DNA of 42,829 bases from Thermoanaerobaculia bacterium (GTDB lineage: Bacteria; Acidobacteriota; Thermoanaerobaculia; Multivoradales; UBA5704): positions 1 through 42,829 of the forward strand of contig JBGAGQ010000059.1 in NCBI GenBank assembly GCA_044226625.1, read 5' to 3'. Of the stretch, positions 26,505 to 36,287 are shown in pieces. How positions within the stretch are numbered: the first letter of the stretch is position 1; every line of letters begins with the position of its first letter. Made by a program: the position numbers and the translations under genes. The notes under the pieces were generated by a model. It made no database searches. It was given only the letters and a program-made list of their open reading frames with translations, and was not told the DNA's origin.

Positions 26505-28688
26505 ATGAAACCTGGCGATCGCATCGGCCACATCCGCATTCACGGGCTGCTCGGGACGGGCGGCACGGGCGAGGTGTACGCCGGATTCGACGAGACGCTG
26601 CAGCGCGAGGTGGCGGTCAAGGTCCTGCGCGAGGCTTGGCAGCGCCGCGCCCGCGCCCGTCTGCTGCGGGAGGCGCGGGCGCTGTCGCAGCTGCACCATC
26701 CGCACATCTGCGCGATCTACGACCTGATCCAGACCGAAGAAGGGGACGTGCTCGTGCTCGAGCGGATCCACGGCACGAGCCTGCGGCGCGCGATCCGCGA
26801 TGGCTTGGAGCGCCGGCGGAAGCTCGAGATCGCCGAGCAGATCGCCTCCGCCCTGGTCGCCGCGCACGCGAAGGGGATCGTCCACCGCGACCTCAAGTCG
26901 ACGAACGTGATGATCACCGATCGCGAGGACGCCAAGGTGCTCGACTTCGGCCTCGCGTTCTCGCCGGAGGACGCCCCGTCGGCGGCCGAGCTCGCGGAGC
27001 GCCCTCTCGCTCCGCCGCCGGTACCGCTCGACCTCGCGGTCTGGCCGGCGTTCGAGACCGAGGAGTTCCGGACCCACGCGGGCGAGGTGGTGGGCACGCT
27101 CCCCTCGATGAGCCCGGAGCAGGCGCGCGGCGACCTCGTGACCGCGGCGAGCGACATGTTCGCCTTCGGCCTCCTGCTGCAGGAGCTGTTCACCGGCCAC
27201 ACCGCCTACGACCTCGCGCTGCCCAAGCTCGAGCTGCTCGCGGCCGTCCAGGAAGGGCGCGCCCGCTCGCTCACCGGCGTCCCGCGACCGATCGCCGACC
27301 TGATCCAGCGCTTGCAGTCGCTCTCGCCGGCCGAGCGTCCGAGCGCGGGGGAGGCGCTCGCGCGGATCCGCTTCCTGCGCGAGGCGCCGAAACGCCAGGT
27401 GCGATGGGCCGCGGTCGCCGCCGCCTGCCTGATCGGAACGCTCGGCGCGCTCAAGTACACTTTCGACCTGAGGCGGGAGCGCGACGCCGCGATCGCCGCG
27501 CGGGAAGAGGCGGAGCGGGCCGGGCAGGAGGCCGAGGGGGTGGTTGATTTCCTCGTCGGCATGTTCCGGGTCGCCGATCCGGGGGAGTCGCTGGGCAATC
27601 GGATCACCGCCCGCGAGCTGCTCGACCGCGGCGCCGAGCGGCTGAAGACCGAGCTGGCGGACCAGCCGGCGCGCCGCGCCCGCTTGGCCGACGCGATCGG
27701 CCAGACCTATCAGCGGCTCGGCCTCTACCCGCAGGCGGAGGCCCTGTTGTCCGAGGCGCTCGCGCTGCATCGCAAGGTTCGGGGAGAGGAGAGCGCCGAG
27801 GTCGGCATGAGCCTCTATCACCTCGGCGCGCTGCGCCTCTCCACCTTCGGCGAATCGGAGCCGCTGCTGCTCGAAGCCGTGCGCATCCTGGAGAAGACCG
27901 AGGGGCCGAACGATCCGGAGCTCGCGGGCGCGCTCAACTCGCTCGGCACGTTCTACGGCCGCAAGGGCGAGGTCGAGCGCGCCGAGCCGCTGCTGCGCCG
28001 GGCGCTCGCGATCCGTTCGCGCGTGCTCGGCCCGAACGATCCCTCGGTCGCGGCGACGCTCAACAACCTCGCGATCGTCGCCGTCCGGCGCGGCCGGACG
28101 AAGGAGGCCGAGGATCTGTTCCTGCGCGGGCTCGCGATCCGCAAGAAGGTCCTCGCGCCCGACCATCCCGATCTCGCGGTCAACCTCGAGGCGCTCGCCG
28201 TCCTCTACGACACGGTCAACCGTTTGAAGGAAGCCGAAGCGCTCCATCGCCAGGCGCTCGCGATCTGGGAGAAGGTGCTCGACCCGGGCCACCCGCGCCT
28301 CGGCCTCCTGCTGTCGAACCTCGCGAACACCGAGCTCGCGCTGGGAGCCCCCCGGGAGGCCGAGGCGCTCCATCGCCGGGCGCTCGCGATCCGCGAGGCG
28401 GCCCACGGCCCCGACCATCCGGACGTCGCGATCTCGCTCCACGGTCTGGCCAACGTCCTGTGGGACGAAGGCAAGCGCGCCGAGGCGGAGGCCGCGCTTC
28501 GCCGGGCCGTGGCGATCCAGGCGCGCCATCCCGACGACGACCCGAACGAGCATCGCCTGGCGGTCCAAGATCTAGCAAAGATGCTCCGGATCACCGACCG
28601 CGGCGAGGAGGCGAAGCGGCTGCTCGCGAGCCTCCCTCCCGAGCCCGCGGCCGAACCGGTCAGCTCGGCCCGGCCGCGGCCGCATTGA
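26505..28688 (+). CDS. Second membrane Ser/Thr kinase with TPR repeats
   Basis: LGTGGTGEVY, VAVK, HRDLKSTN, DFG, SMSPEQ, SDMFAFG; TM; LGPNDP/DHPD TPRs. Start set at ATG 26505. Confidence 0.92.
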   Translation: MKPGDRIGHIRIHGLLGTGGTGEVYAGFDETLQREVAVKVLREAWQRRARARLLREARALSQLHHPHICAIYDLIQTEEGDVLVLERIHGTSLRRAIRDGLERRRKLEIAEQIASALVAAHAKGIVHRDLKSTNVMITDREDAKVLDFGLAFSPEDAPSAAELAERPLAPPPVPLDLAVWPAFETEEFRTHAGEVVGTLPSMSPEQARGDLVTAASDMFAFGLLLQELFTGHTAYDLALPKLELLAAVQEGRARSLTGVPRPIADLIQRLQSLSPAERPSAGEALARIRFLREAPKRQVRWAAVAAACLIGTLGALKYTFDLRRERDAAIAAREEAERAGQEAEGVVDFLVGMFRVADPGESLGNRITARELLDRGAERLKTELADQPARRARLADAIGQTYQRLGLYPQAEALLSEALALHRKVRGEESAEVGMSLYHLGALRLSTFGESEPLLLEAVRILEKTEGPNDPELAGALNSLGTFYGRKGEVERAEPLLRRALAIRSRVLGPNDPSVAATLNNLAIVAVRRGRTKEAEDLFLRGLAIRKKVLAPDHPDLAVNLEALAVLYDTVNRLKEAEALHRQALAIWEKVLDPGHPRLGLLLSNLANTELALGAPREAEALHRRALAIREAAHGPDHPDVAISLHGLANVLWDEGKRAEAEAALRRAVAIQARHPDDDPNEHRLAVQDLAKMLRITDRGEEAKRLLASLPPEPAAEPVSSARPRPH

Positions 28689-28698
28689 GGGGGGCCGT

Positions 28699-29586
28699 GT
28701 GACCACCGACCTCGTGCCCTGCGGTCCGATCCACGTCGCGGACCGCTTCGCGCCGCTCGGCGGCGAGCTTCTCGCCCTGCTTCGGGGCCTCGAGCCCGCG
28801 GCGTGGCAGGCGCCGACCGTCTGTCCCGGATGGAGCGTCCGCGACGTCGCCGCCCACCTGCTCGACACCGCCCTGCGGCGCCTCTCGTTCGGCCGCGATC
28901 GCATGCCGCTCGTTCCGCCCGCCGAGCCGATCGACTCCTACGCCGGCCTGGTGTCGTTTCTCAACCGTCTGAACCGCGACTGGGTGGAGGCGTTCCGCCG
29001 CGTGAGCCCGGCGATGCTGGTCGAGATGATGGCCGTGACCGAGCCCCCGCTCGCCGCCTATTTCGTCGAACAGGCCGCCGCGACGGATCCGGACGGCCCC
29101 GCTCTCGGGGTCGCCTGGGCGGGGGAGGAGAGCTCGCCGTTCTGGTTCGACCTCGCGCGCGAGCTCACGGAGCGCTGGCACCACCAGCAGCAGATCCGAC
29201 TGGCGGTGGACGCTCCGCCGCTCGACGATCCGTTCTACGTGGCGCCGGTGCTCGATACCTTCCTGCGCGCGCTGCCATACCGCTACCGCGAGGTGGCGGC
29301 GTCGGAGGGGACGGCGATCGGCTTCCGCGTCTCGGGACGCGCGGAGTACCGGTTCACTTTGAGGTTCGGTTCGTACCTCGCCCCGGCGGACGCCCCCGCG
29401 AGGTGGAAGCTCTTCTACGGCCTGGACGAAGGGAGGGAGGCCGCCTCGGTCGCGATGTCCGACGAGACGGCCTGGCTGCTGCTGACGAAGGGGCTCTCCG
29501 GCGCGGAGGCTCGGGGGCGATCGCGGCGGAGCGGGGACGAGGGGCTGCTCGATCCGTTCTTCGCCACGCTCGCCGTGATGGCCTGA
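28699..29586 (+). CDS. Maleylpyruvate isomerase N-terminal-domain (MDMPI/DinB superfamily) protein
   Basis: WQAPTVCPGWSVRDVAAHL, ERWHHQQQIR; GAGGGGG SD. Confidence 0.88.
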   Translation: MTTDLVPCGPIHVADRFAPLGGELLALLRGLEPAAWQAPTVCPGWSVRDVAAHLLDTALRRLSFGRDRMPLVPPAEPIDSYAGLVSFLNRLNRDWVEAFRRVSPAMLVEMMAVTEPPLAAYFVEQAAATDPDGPALGVAWAGEESSPFWFDLARELTERWHHQQQIRLAVDAPPLDDPFYVAPVLDTFLRALPYRYREVAASEGTAIGFRVSGRAEYRFTLRFGSYLAPADAPARWKLFYGLDEGREAASVAMSDETAWLLLTKGLSGAEARGRSRRSGDEGLLDPFFATLAVMA

Positions 29587-29622
29587 TCGGGCGCCGGAGG
29601 CCAATCCGCACCGGAGACGTCG

Positions 29623-30207
29623 CTAGCGGCTCTCGCGGTCGTCGACCCAGATCCTCACGGTGTCGTGGTCGTCGGTGACCGCCACCAGCTCGCCGCTGCC
29701 GGAGCGGGCGAGCGCGTCGATCGCGGCGGAGAAGTCGAGCTCCCCGGGACGTCCGGAAAGGAGCGCGTCGACCACCGTGGCCGGGATGCGCACGACGGCT
29801 TCGCCGTCGGACTTTCTCGAGTCGCCCGCGCGGAAGACGAGGTGACGGCCGGCTTTGCTCACCGTGAGGCGACCTTCGCGGTCTTCGAACGTGGCGATCT
29901 TCGCGTCGGGCAGGTTGCGGACCTCGCGCCAGATGCGGCGCAGCTCGGCGGGCTTGATCTCCCGCTCGTCGATGACGATCCGGCCGTTCGAGTGGATGCC
30001 GTCCGGGATCAGCGCCGCGAGCGCCTGGACGAAGGAGACCGGCACGTCGATCGTCACGCGGCCGTCTCCGTGGTGGGAGCCGTGGCGGGACGAGCCGTCG
30101 GCGCTCTGGATCACGAGATGGAAATAAGGACCCGCGGCCGCGGCCGGCGCGCGGAAAGCGATCAGCAGAACGGGCAGGATCAGCAAGGGCAGGATGCGTC
30201 GGGTCAT
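29623..30207 (-). CDS. Secreted hypothetical protein with two internally similar halves (VxIxVP/IP motifs)
   Basis: GAGGAG SD, signal peptide MTRRILPLLILPVLL...AAA; RVTIDVPVSFVQAL and AVVRIPATVVDAL; ends VRIWVD. Confidence 0.75.
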   Translation of the reverse strand: MTRRILPLLILPVLLIAFRAPAAAAGPYFHLVIQSADGSSRHGSHHGDGRVTIDVPVSFVQALAALIPDGIHSNGRIVIDEREIKPAELRRIWREVRNLPDAKIATFEDREGRLTVSKAGRHLVFRAGDSRKSDGEAVVRIPATVVDALLSGRPGELDFSAAIDALARSGSGELVAVTDDHDTVRIWVDDRESR

Positions 30208-30264
30208 GGTCGGTTCTCCTCGGTTCTCCCCGGACGAGCGGAGCGGGTCATGTCTATCAAGCAA

Positions 30265-30291
30265 GACGAGCGCGGCGCCTCGGGTGTTTCA
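30265..30291 (-). promoter_or_regulatory. ECF sigma-type promoter TGAAAC-N17-CGTC
   Basis: Matches the classic ECF (SigW/SigX-like) AAC...CGT pattern, upstream of 30207. Confidence 0.55.
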
Positions 30292-30354
30292 CCGGGGGGC
30301 AGCGGAACTCCGGATAGAATCGTCGATCGAACTGCGTTACCCGGGAGCCGTCGT

Positions 30355-32601
30355 TTGTCCGACCCGTCCGCCCGTACCCTGCCGTCTCCGCGTCCGCCGG
30401 ATTCTCCGGAGTGGTGGCGGTTCGTCCCGCTCGCCGCGGCCGCGGGCTTGGGGGCCCTCGTGCTGCTCTGGCTGCTGGCCGTGGGCGCGCGCCTCGGCTG
30501 GGCCGCTCCGGTCGCCCGGCTCGTGCTGCCGTTGGCGCTCCTCGCGACGGCGGCCTGGGGCTACCTCCGGCTCGCCGACTGCGCGCGGGCGCGCCGTTGG
30601 CTGATCCCGGCCCTTCTCGGGCTGTCGCTGGTGGTCCGCCTCGCCGGGGCCGACCACGAGGTCTCCGGTCGCTACTGGGGGGACGAGGGCACCTACTACC
30701 GGCACGCGATGCAGATGAACGACGGCAAGATCACCACCCGCTCGTTCGTCTATCCGCACCTCACGTACGACCTCTACGCCTTCGCGCTCTGGCTCGCGGG
30801 CTTGTTTCCCGCCGCGACCGAGGGGGCGATCCGCGCGCTCTGGGGGGTGACCGTTCCGCTCGAGCGGGAGTGGCTGATCCTGCGGCTGGTCTCGGCGCTC
30901 CTGGGGGCGTTCGCCGTCGTGCCGGTCGCGCTGCTCGCGCGCCGGATCGTCACACCAATCGGAGCGGCTCGCGGGGACTCCTCGGACCCGGCTGCCGCCG
31001 GGCGCCTCGCGACGTACTCGGCCGCCTTCGCCGGCCTGTTGCTGATCGCCGATCCGCATTTCAACCTGGGCACCCATCTGTTCATCTGCGACGCGCCGTC
31101 GGCGTTCTTCGGCGCGGTCTCGCTCGCGTTCGCCGGCCGCCTGCTCGACCGGGAGCGCACGCGCGACTACGTCGCGGCGGGGATCTGGGCGGGGCTCGCC
31201 GCGGCGACCAAATACCCGGCGGGCGTCGTCGCGATCGCGATCGTCGCCCTCTGGCTCGGTTGGCGGATCGCCGCGTTCCGCGCTTCGGCGCGAGGCGCCG
31301 TGCCAGAAGAGAGCGCTCCCCGGCGGTGGCACTGGGGGCTTCTGTGGGCAGGGCTCGCGGCGATCGCCACGTTCGTCGGCGTGATGCCGAGCCTCGCGCT
31401 CTATCCCGAGATCGCCCTGTTCGGCCAGCGCGGCATGTTGTTCGGCGCCCGGCAGTACGCGTTTCACGGTTGGATCGGCGTGGTGCCGCACAGCAACGCG
31501 GCGTTCTACCTCGAGATCCTGGCCGAGTCGTTCGGCGCGCTCAGCTTGATCCTGGGGCTGGTCGGGATGTTCGCGCTCGACCGCGTCCGGCGCGGGCGCT
31601 GGCTGCGGATCGCGATCTTTCCCGCGCTCTTCCTTGGGCTGCTCCTGTCGATGGCGATGGTGGTCAAGCGCAACCTGTACCCGGCGATGCCCCCGCTCGC
31701 CGCCCTGCTCGGGGTGGGGTTCGCCGCGGCGGTGCTGTGGCTCGCCGAGCGGCTTCCGCGCGGGCTCTCGGAGAACGGCCGGCGCCTCGGCCGGGCGGCG
31801 CTCGCCGGCCTCGCGGTGCTCTGCGTCGCCCCGGCGATCTACCGGACGGCGATCGAGACGATCGGCTACGCCCGCGCCACCACGCGCGACCTCGCGGTCG
31901 AGTGGATGCTCGCGAACCTGCCGCCGGGCGCGCGGATCGTCAAGGAGCAGTACGCGCCGAACCTCCCCGAGGGGGTGTTCGAGATCGTTCCGGCGCGCTT
32001 CGCGGCGCGCTTGAAGCTCGAGGAGATCCGGGCCGCGGGCAACGACTACCTGCTGCTCGCGAGCGACGCCTACAAGCGGTTCCTCAATCCCGAGATGCTG
32101 AGCAAGGCACACCACCACGAGATCTCCGACCGGTATCAGACGATCCTCGGCAGCTATCCGCTGGCCGCCGAGTGGTATCCGGGGACCGTCCGCCTGGGTC
32201 CGATCGTCAAGCTCTTCCGGCTGGAGCCGCTCCCGGGCGACTGCCGCGCGGGCGGGGAGATGCCGGCGCGCGAGGCGCACGTTCCCGACCTGCGGATGCG
32301 CGCGGGGGCGGCGGTCGCCTATACGCTGCCGGGGCAGTGGGTCCTGTTCAAGGGGTGTTTCGAGGCCGGCCGTTACGCGCTACGCCTGGACGGCAACGCG
32401 GTCGGCCCGGGCACGCTCCGCGCGGTCGACGCGCAGAACCGCAAGATCCTCGAGACGGCGCTCGGGGAAGCCCCGACCGCGCTCGATCTACCGCGGCGGG
32501 GCAAGGTCTTCGTCTACGTCTACCTGCCGGAGGGGAGCCGCCTGCGAAGCGTGGTCCTCGAGCCCAAGGCTGAAGGGCTCAAGACGCCCGCCTCGACCTG
32601 A
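30355..32601 (+). CDS. GT-C glycosyltransferase (ArnT/PMT_2-like) with C-terminal soluble domain
   Basis: TAGAAT -10 (30315-30320), GGGAG SD, TTG start; YWGDEGTY loop, YPHL, GLAAATKY, KRNLYP; more than 10 TMs. Confidence 0.82.
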   Translation: MSDPSARTLPSPRPPDSPEWWRFVPLAAAAGLGALVLLWLLAVGARLGWAAPVARLVLPLALLATAAWGYLRLADCARARRWLIPALLGLSLVVRLAGADHEVSGRYWGDEGTYYRHAMQMNDGKITTRSFVYPHLTYDLYAFALWLAGLFPAATEGAIRALWGVTVPLEREWLILRLVSALLGAFAVVPVALLARRIVTPIGAARGDSSDPAAAGRLATYSAAFAGLLLIADPHFNLGTHLFICDAPSAFFGAVSLAFAGRLLDRERTRDYVAAGIWAGLAAATKYPAGVVAIAIVALWLGWRIAAFRASARGAVPEESAPRRWHWGLLWAGLAAIATFVGVMPSLALYPEIALFGQRGMLFGARQYAFHGWIGVVPHSNAAFYLEILAESFGALSLILGLVGMFALDRVRRGRWLRIAIFPALFLGLLLSMAMVVKRNLYPAMPPLAALLGVGFAAAVLWLAERLPRGLSENGRRLGRAALAGLAVLCVAPAIYRTAIETIGYARATTRDLAVEWMLANLPPGARIVKEQYAPNLPEGVFEIVPARFAARLKLEEIRAAGNDYLLLASDAYKRFLNPEMLSKAHHHEISDRYQTILGSYPLAAEWYPGTVRLGPIVKLFRLEPLPGDCRAGGEMPAREAHVPDLRMRAGAAVAYTLPGQWVLFKGCFEAGRYALRLDGNAVGPGTLRAVDAQNRKILETALGEAPTALDLPRRGKVFVYVYLPEGSRLRSVVLEPKAEGLKTPAST

Positions 32602-34294
32602 TCCGCGCGAGGGCGAGCCGCGCCCCTTCGTGGTCGGGATCGATCGCGAGCACCTCGCGGAATTCGTTCTCGGCTTTCGTCTCGTCGCCGGCCCGCGCCC
32701 AGGCGAGCGCCGCGGCGTACCGCGGAAGCGCCGCGCTCCTTTGGGTGGCGGCGGCGCGTTCGAGCGTCGTCGCCACCCAGGACGAGGCCGGTTCGCCGGG
32801 CGCCGGCGACGGCGATTCGAGCAGCGCCGCGATCCCGTTCCAGGGCCGGCCGTAGGTCGGCACCCGTTCGAGCGACCGGACGAGGTGGAAGAGCGCCGGT
32901 CCCGTCTCGCCCTTGCCGTAGAGCAGATAGCCGAGATTGTTGTCCGCGAGGCACGAGCTCGAATGGGCGAGCACGTGGCGCCAGAGCGTCTCGTCGTCGC
33001 GCCAGACGAGCGTCTGCCGCCGGGTCGCGACGGCGTAGCTCGCGAGCAGGGCGATCAGGCCGAGAGCGAGCGCGCCCTTTCCGAGCCGGGAGCCCAGCCG
33101 GAAGCCGAGGATCGTGACGGCGCCCGCGGCGAGCAGCACCAGGGGGATGGTCGAGAGGTAGGCGTAGCGGTCGGCGACCAGCTGAATGCCCGATTGGGCG
33201 ATCCCCAGGACCGGGAGCACCAGCAACAGATACCCCCCGAAAGCGACCGCGGGCGCGGGGAATCGCCGCCGCGAAAGAACCAGCGCCGCAAGTGCGGTGA
33301 GCGCCGCGAGCGCCGCCAGCGCCGGAACCAGCAGGCGCGGCGCGGTGGGGTCGAACGGAAACGGACGTTCGTAGAGGGGCAGCCAAGTCCGGCCGAACAG
33401 GAGCGAAGCGGGATAGAACGCCAGGCCGTAGCCCGCCTGGACCAGCCGGTCGAGCGGGCCGTGCTCGCTCGCCGCGGTGAGCGCGCCGTGGCTCGCCTGC
33501 GCCCAGACCGCCGCCGCGGCCGAGGCGGCGGCGAGCGCGAACGAGAAGCCCTTCTCCCGCACGAGGCGGAGGAGAGCCCGCCCGCGGTCGGGCTCGTACT
33601 TCAAACGGCCGAGCGGCCAGAGGTCGAGCAGGAGCAGGACGAACGGCAGCGTCATCTGCGCCCGCGAGAGGGCGGAGAGCGCATGGAGGAGCGCGATGCG
33701 TCCGCGCGCGGGCGAGGGGGAGGCGTCGGCCGGGCTGGCCCGCAGATGGAGCGCCACGGCGACGAGCGCGAAGAGGGTGGAGAGCAGATCGCGCCGCTCG
33801 GTCGCCCAGGCGACCGATTCGACCCGGATCGGATGCAGTGCAAAGAGCGCCGCGGCGGTCGCCGCCAACACCGCGCGTCGTCGCGGGTCAGCCCCCAGGG
33901 CAGCTCTTTGCAGCCCGCGGGAGCCCGCGAGCAGCCAGGCGAGCCAGGCGACCGCCGCCGTGTTCGCCAGATGGAGGATCAGCTGGGACGCGTGGACGCC
34001 GCGCGGCGTGGCGCCCGAGACCGCGGCGTCGACCCGATAGGAGAGCCAGGTGAGCGGCTGGTAGTGGCCGGCGAACGGCTCGCGGAACGCCCAGGCGACG
34101 CCCGCGAAGCCGCGGTCCCAGTTGGCGCGCGCGGCGATCAGGTTGCCGCCGTCGTCCCAGACGAAGCCGTTGTCGAGAATCGGCGCGTAAGCCCACACGA
34201 TCGCCGCGCCGAGCAGCAGCGCGGCCGCCGCCACGAGGGGAAGGAGTCCCGGTCGGCGTTCGGCCACCGGCGCGGCGACGGGATCGGCGCTCAC
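32579..34294 (-). CDS. TMTC-like GT-C protein O-mannosyltransferase homologue with TPRs
   Basis: FVWDD, HYQPLTWLSY, FALHPIRVESVAWATERRDLL, ADRYAYL, WRDDETLW, TPR tail; GTGA overlap with the upstream gene. Confidence 0.85.
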   Translation of the reverse strand: MSADPVAAPVAERRPGLLPLVAAAALLLGAAIVWAYAPILDNGFVWDDGGNLIAARANWDRGFAGVAWAFREPFAGHYQPLTWLSYRVDAAVSGATPRGVHASQLILHLANTAAVAWLAWLLAGSRGLQRAALGADPRRRAVLAATAAALFALHPIRVESVAWATERRDLLSTLFALVAVALHLRASPADASPSPARGRIALLHALSALSRAQMTLPFVLLLLDLWPLGRLKYEPDRGRALLRLVREKGFSFALAAASAAAAVWAQASHGALTAASEHGPLDRLVQAGYGLAFYPASLLFGRTWLPLYERPFPFDPTAPRLLVPALAALAALTALAALVLSRRRFPAPAVAFGGYLLLVLPVLGIAQSGIQLVADRYAYLSTIPLVLLAAGAVTILGFRLGSRLGKGALALGLIALLASYAVATRRQTLVWRDDETLWRHVLAHSSSCLADNNLGYLLYGKGETGPALFHLVRSLERVPTYGRPWNGIAALLESPSPAPGEPASSWVATTLERAAATQRSAALPRYAAALAWARAGDETKAENEFREVLAIDPDHEGARLALARIRSRRAS

Positions 34295-36249
34295 GGCTCG
34301 GTCGCCTCGGCGACCTGGTCGTCGCTCAGCCGGTAGAGAAAGAGGGAGGTGCCGACCCGCTCGTCCGGCTCGCGCTGCGCGAGGCGCGAGATCAGCCGGA
34401 GGCGGCGCAGCGCCTCGAAGGCGTCGACCGCCGCACCGGCGGACGGGCCGCGAAAGCGGGCTTCCGCCGCGAGCGCCTCGTACTGCTCGGTCAACCGCGG
34501 ATCGCGCCAAGACGCGGCGCGGGCGAGCGGGCGGTAGACCCCGAGAAGATCGGTCGCGCTGATCGCGTAGAGCCCTCCCGAGATCGGGCCGGCCGAAGGC
34601 TCCTGGCTCCCGTCGCCGAGCAGCCGGCGGACCGGTAGCCCCGCGGGGAGCGGCGGGTCGCCCGCCTGGGCGAGCCAGACGGTCCCGCCGGGGGGCTCGG
34701 CGCGGAGGCGCTCGCGCAGGCGGAGGAGGTCCTGCCCCCAGTCGAGGTTGCTGTCGGCGAGGTACCGGTGGCCGTTCCGCCAGCCACCGACCGCCTCGTT
34801 GAAATAGCCGAGCAGATGGGGAGAGGCGCGCCAGGTCCCGAGCGCGAGCCAGAACAGGGCGGCGCCCACGCCGACGGCGAGCGCGCGGGGAGCGCGGCGC
34901 CCCTGCGCATCGGGGTCGGCCGAGCCCGCGGCGGCGAGGCTTCCGACCGCGATCGCGAGCACGGAGGTCACCGGCAGCAGGTGGCGATAGCCGAGGTTCA
35001 AGCCGCTCTGGACGAGCGCTCCCAGATAGACGAGGGAGAAGACGAGAAGGCCCAGGGCGAGCGGCGGCGGGCCGCGCCTACGGAGCGCGGCGCGGCCGGC
35101 GAGCCCCAAGGCGGCGGCGACGAGCAGCAGGATGGGGAGCGGGGTCTTCACGAGGTACGCCCAGAGGAAGTAGCTCGAAAACCCGGACGCCGAATAGCTC
35201 CCGCGGAGGTAGGCGGCCCGCCCGACGGCCTTCTTCTGCACGTAGGCCACGCCGTAGAGGTACGCCTCGGGCAGCAGCCGGTGCTCGTGCGCCACGCGGA
35301 GGAGCGGCACCAGAGCGCCCCGGCGGTCCTCGCCGGTCGCGGGATCGTGGAGGATGCTCTCCCACGCCGCCGCGGGGCCGACCGGGAGCGGCCGGCCGTA
35401 GTCGCCGATCGTATGCATCGTGGCCGTCTCCGCGTCGGCGCCGCGGGCGGCGGCGAAGCGGAAGCCGTACGCGGCCCAGATCGCGGCCCAGGCGGCGAGC
35501 GCGAGCGTCACCGAGGCGAGCGCCATCGTCTGGGCCGGCGTTCGCACCATCGGGCGCGCGCCCTCCTTTCGCGTCGCGGCCCAGGCGAGGGCGAGGAGCG
35601 CCGGGACCAGCGCGAACCAGGAGAATTTGACCAGCGTCGCGGCGGCGAACGATCCGGCGAGCAGGGCGAGCCTCGTCCCCGTCGGGCGATCGAGCCAGCG
35701 GTCGGCGGCGAGCAGGGTGAGCAGCGCGACGAGCGCGAACGGCACGTCCATCGTCGCGAGATGACCGTGGGCGAGCAGGGCGGGATCGAGCGCCGCGACC
35801 GAGAGCGCCAGCAGGCCGCCCCAGGGACCGAACAGGCGCCTCGCGATCGCCGCGATGGACAGGAGCAGGGCGAGGAGCATCGCCAACGCGACCGCCCGGC
35901 TCGACCGCGCGAGCCGCTCGCCGTCGTTCCAGCTCTCGAAGAAATCGCGGCCGAGGGCGAAGAAGTCGCCCCGGTGCCAAGCCTCCGTCCCTTCCGCGCG
36001 CCAGGCGACCGGCTGCAAGCGGAGCGGCAGGGCGAGCAGCAGACGGGCGAGCGGCGGATGGTCGGGGCTCAAGCGGAAATCGCCCCGGGCGAGCGCCGCG
36101 TAACCGGCCACCAGGTGGCTCGGCTCGTCGACCGTGATGCTGTCGCCGAGGGCGCCGAGGAGGGCGAGGACGAGCGCGGCGGCGAGCGGCAGGAGGGAGA
36201 GCGCCGGGACGAGGCGGCGGCGGGAACCGTTGCCGATCGGGGCGGTCAC
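34291..36249 (-). CDS. GT-C glycosyltransferase (ArnT/PMT_2-like)
   Basis: TVDEPSH, DHPPL, HGHLATMD, LVKFS, KTPLP, LGYRHLLP, YFNE, DSNLDWGQDL. Confidence 0.85.
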   Translation of the reverse strand: MTAPIGNGSRRRLVPALSLLPLAAALVLALLGALGDSITVDEPSHLVAGYAALARGDFRLSPDHPPLARLLLALPLRLQPVAWRAEGTEAWHRGDFFALGRDFFESWNDGERLARSSRAVALAMLLALLLSIAAIARRLFGPWGGLLALSVAALDPALLAHGHLATMDVPFALVALLTLLAADRWLDRPTGTRLALLAGSFAAATLVKFSWFALVPALLALAWAATRKEGARPMVRTPAQTMALASVTLALAAWAAIWAAYGFRFAAARGADAETATMHTIGDYGRPLPVGPAAAWESILHDPATGEDRRGALVPLLRVAHEHRLLPEAYLYGVAYVQKKAVGRAAYLRGSYSASGFSSYFLWAYLVKTPLPILLLVAAALGLAGRAALRRRGPPPLALGLLVFSLVYLGALVQSGLNLGYRHLLPVTSVLAIAVGSLAAAGSADPDAQGRRAPRALAVGVGAALFWLALGTWRASPHLLGYFNEAVGGWRNGHRYLADSNLDWGQDLLRLRERLRAEPPGGTVWLAQAGDPPLPAGLPVRRLLGDGSQEPSAGPISGGLYAISATDLLGVYRPLARAASWRDPRLTEQYEALAAEARFRGPSAGAAVDAFEALRRLRLISRLAQREPDERVGTSLFLYRLSDDQVAEATEP

Positions 36250-36257
36250 AAGACGCC

Positions 36258-36264
36258 TAGAATA
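36258..36264. promoter_or_regulatory. Overlapping divergent -10 elements (TAGAAT on +, TATTCT on -)
   Basis: TAGAATA in the 38-bp gap between divergent genes. Confidence 0.5.
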
Positions 36265-36287
36265 CCCGCGCTGGCCCTTCCGGATCG

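Noticed and set aside
32579-32601. 23-bp convergent overlap of two glycosyltransferase genes
   Set aside because: Short tail-to-tail overlaps are common in GC-rich genomes.
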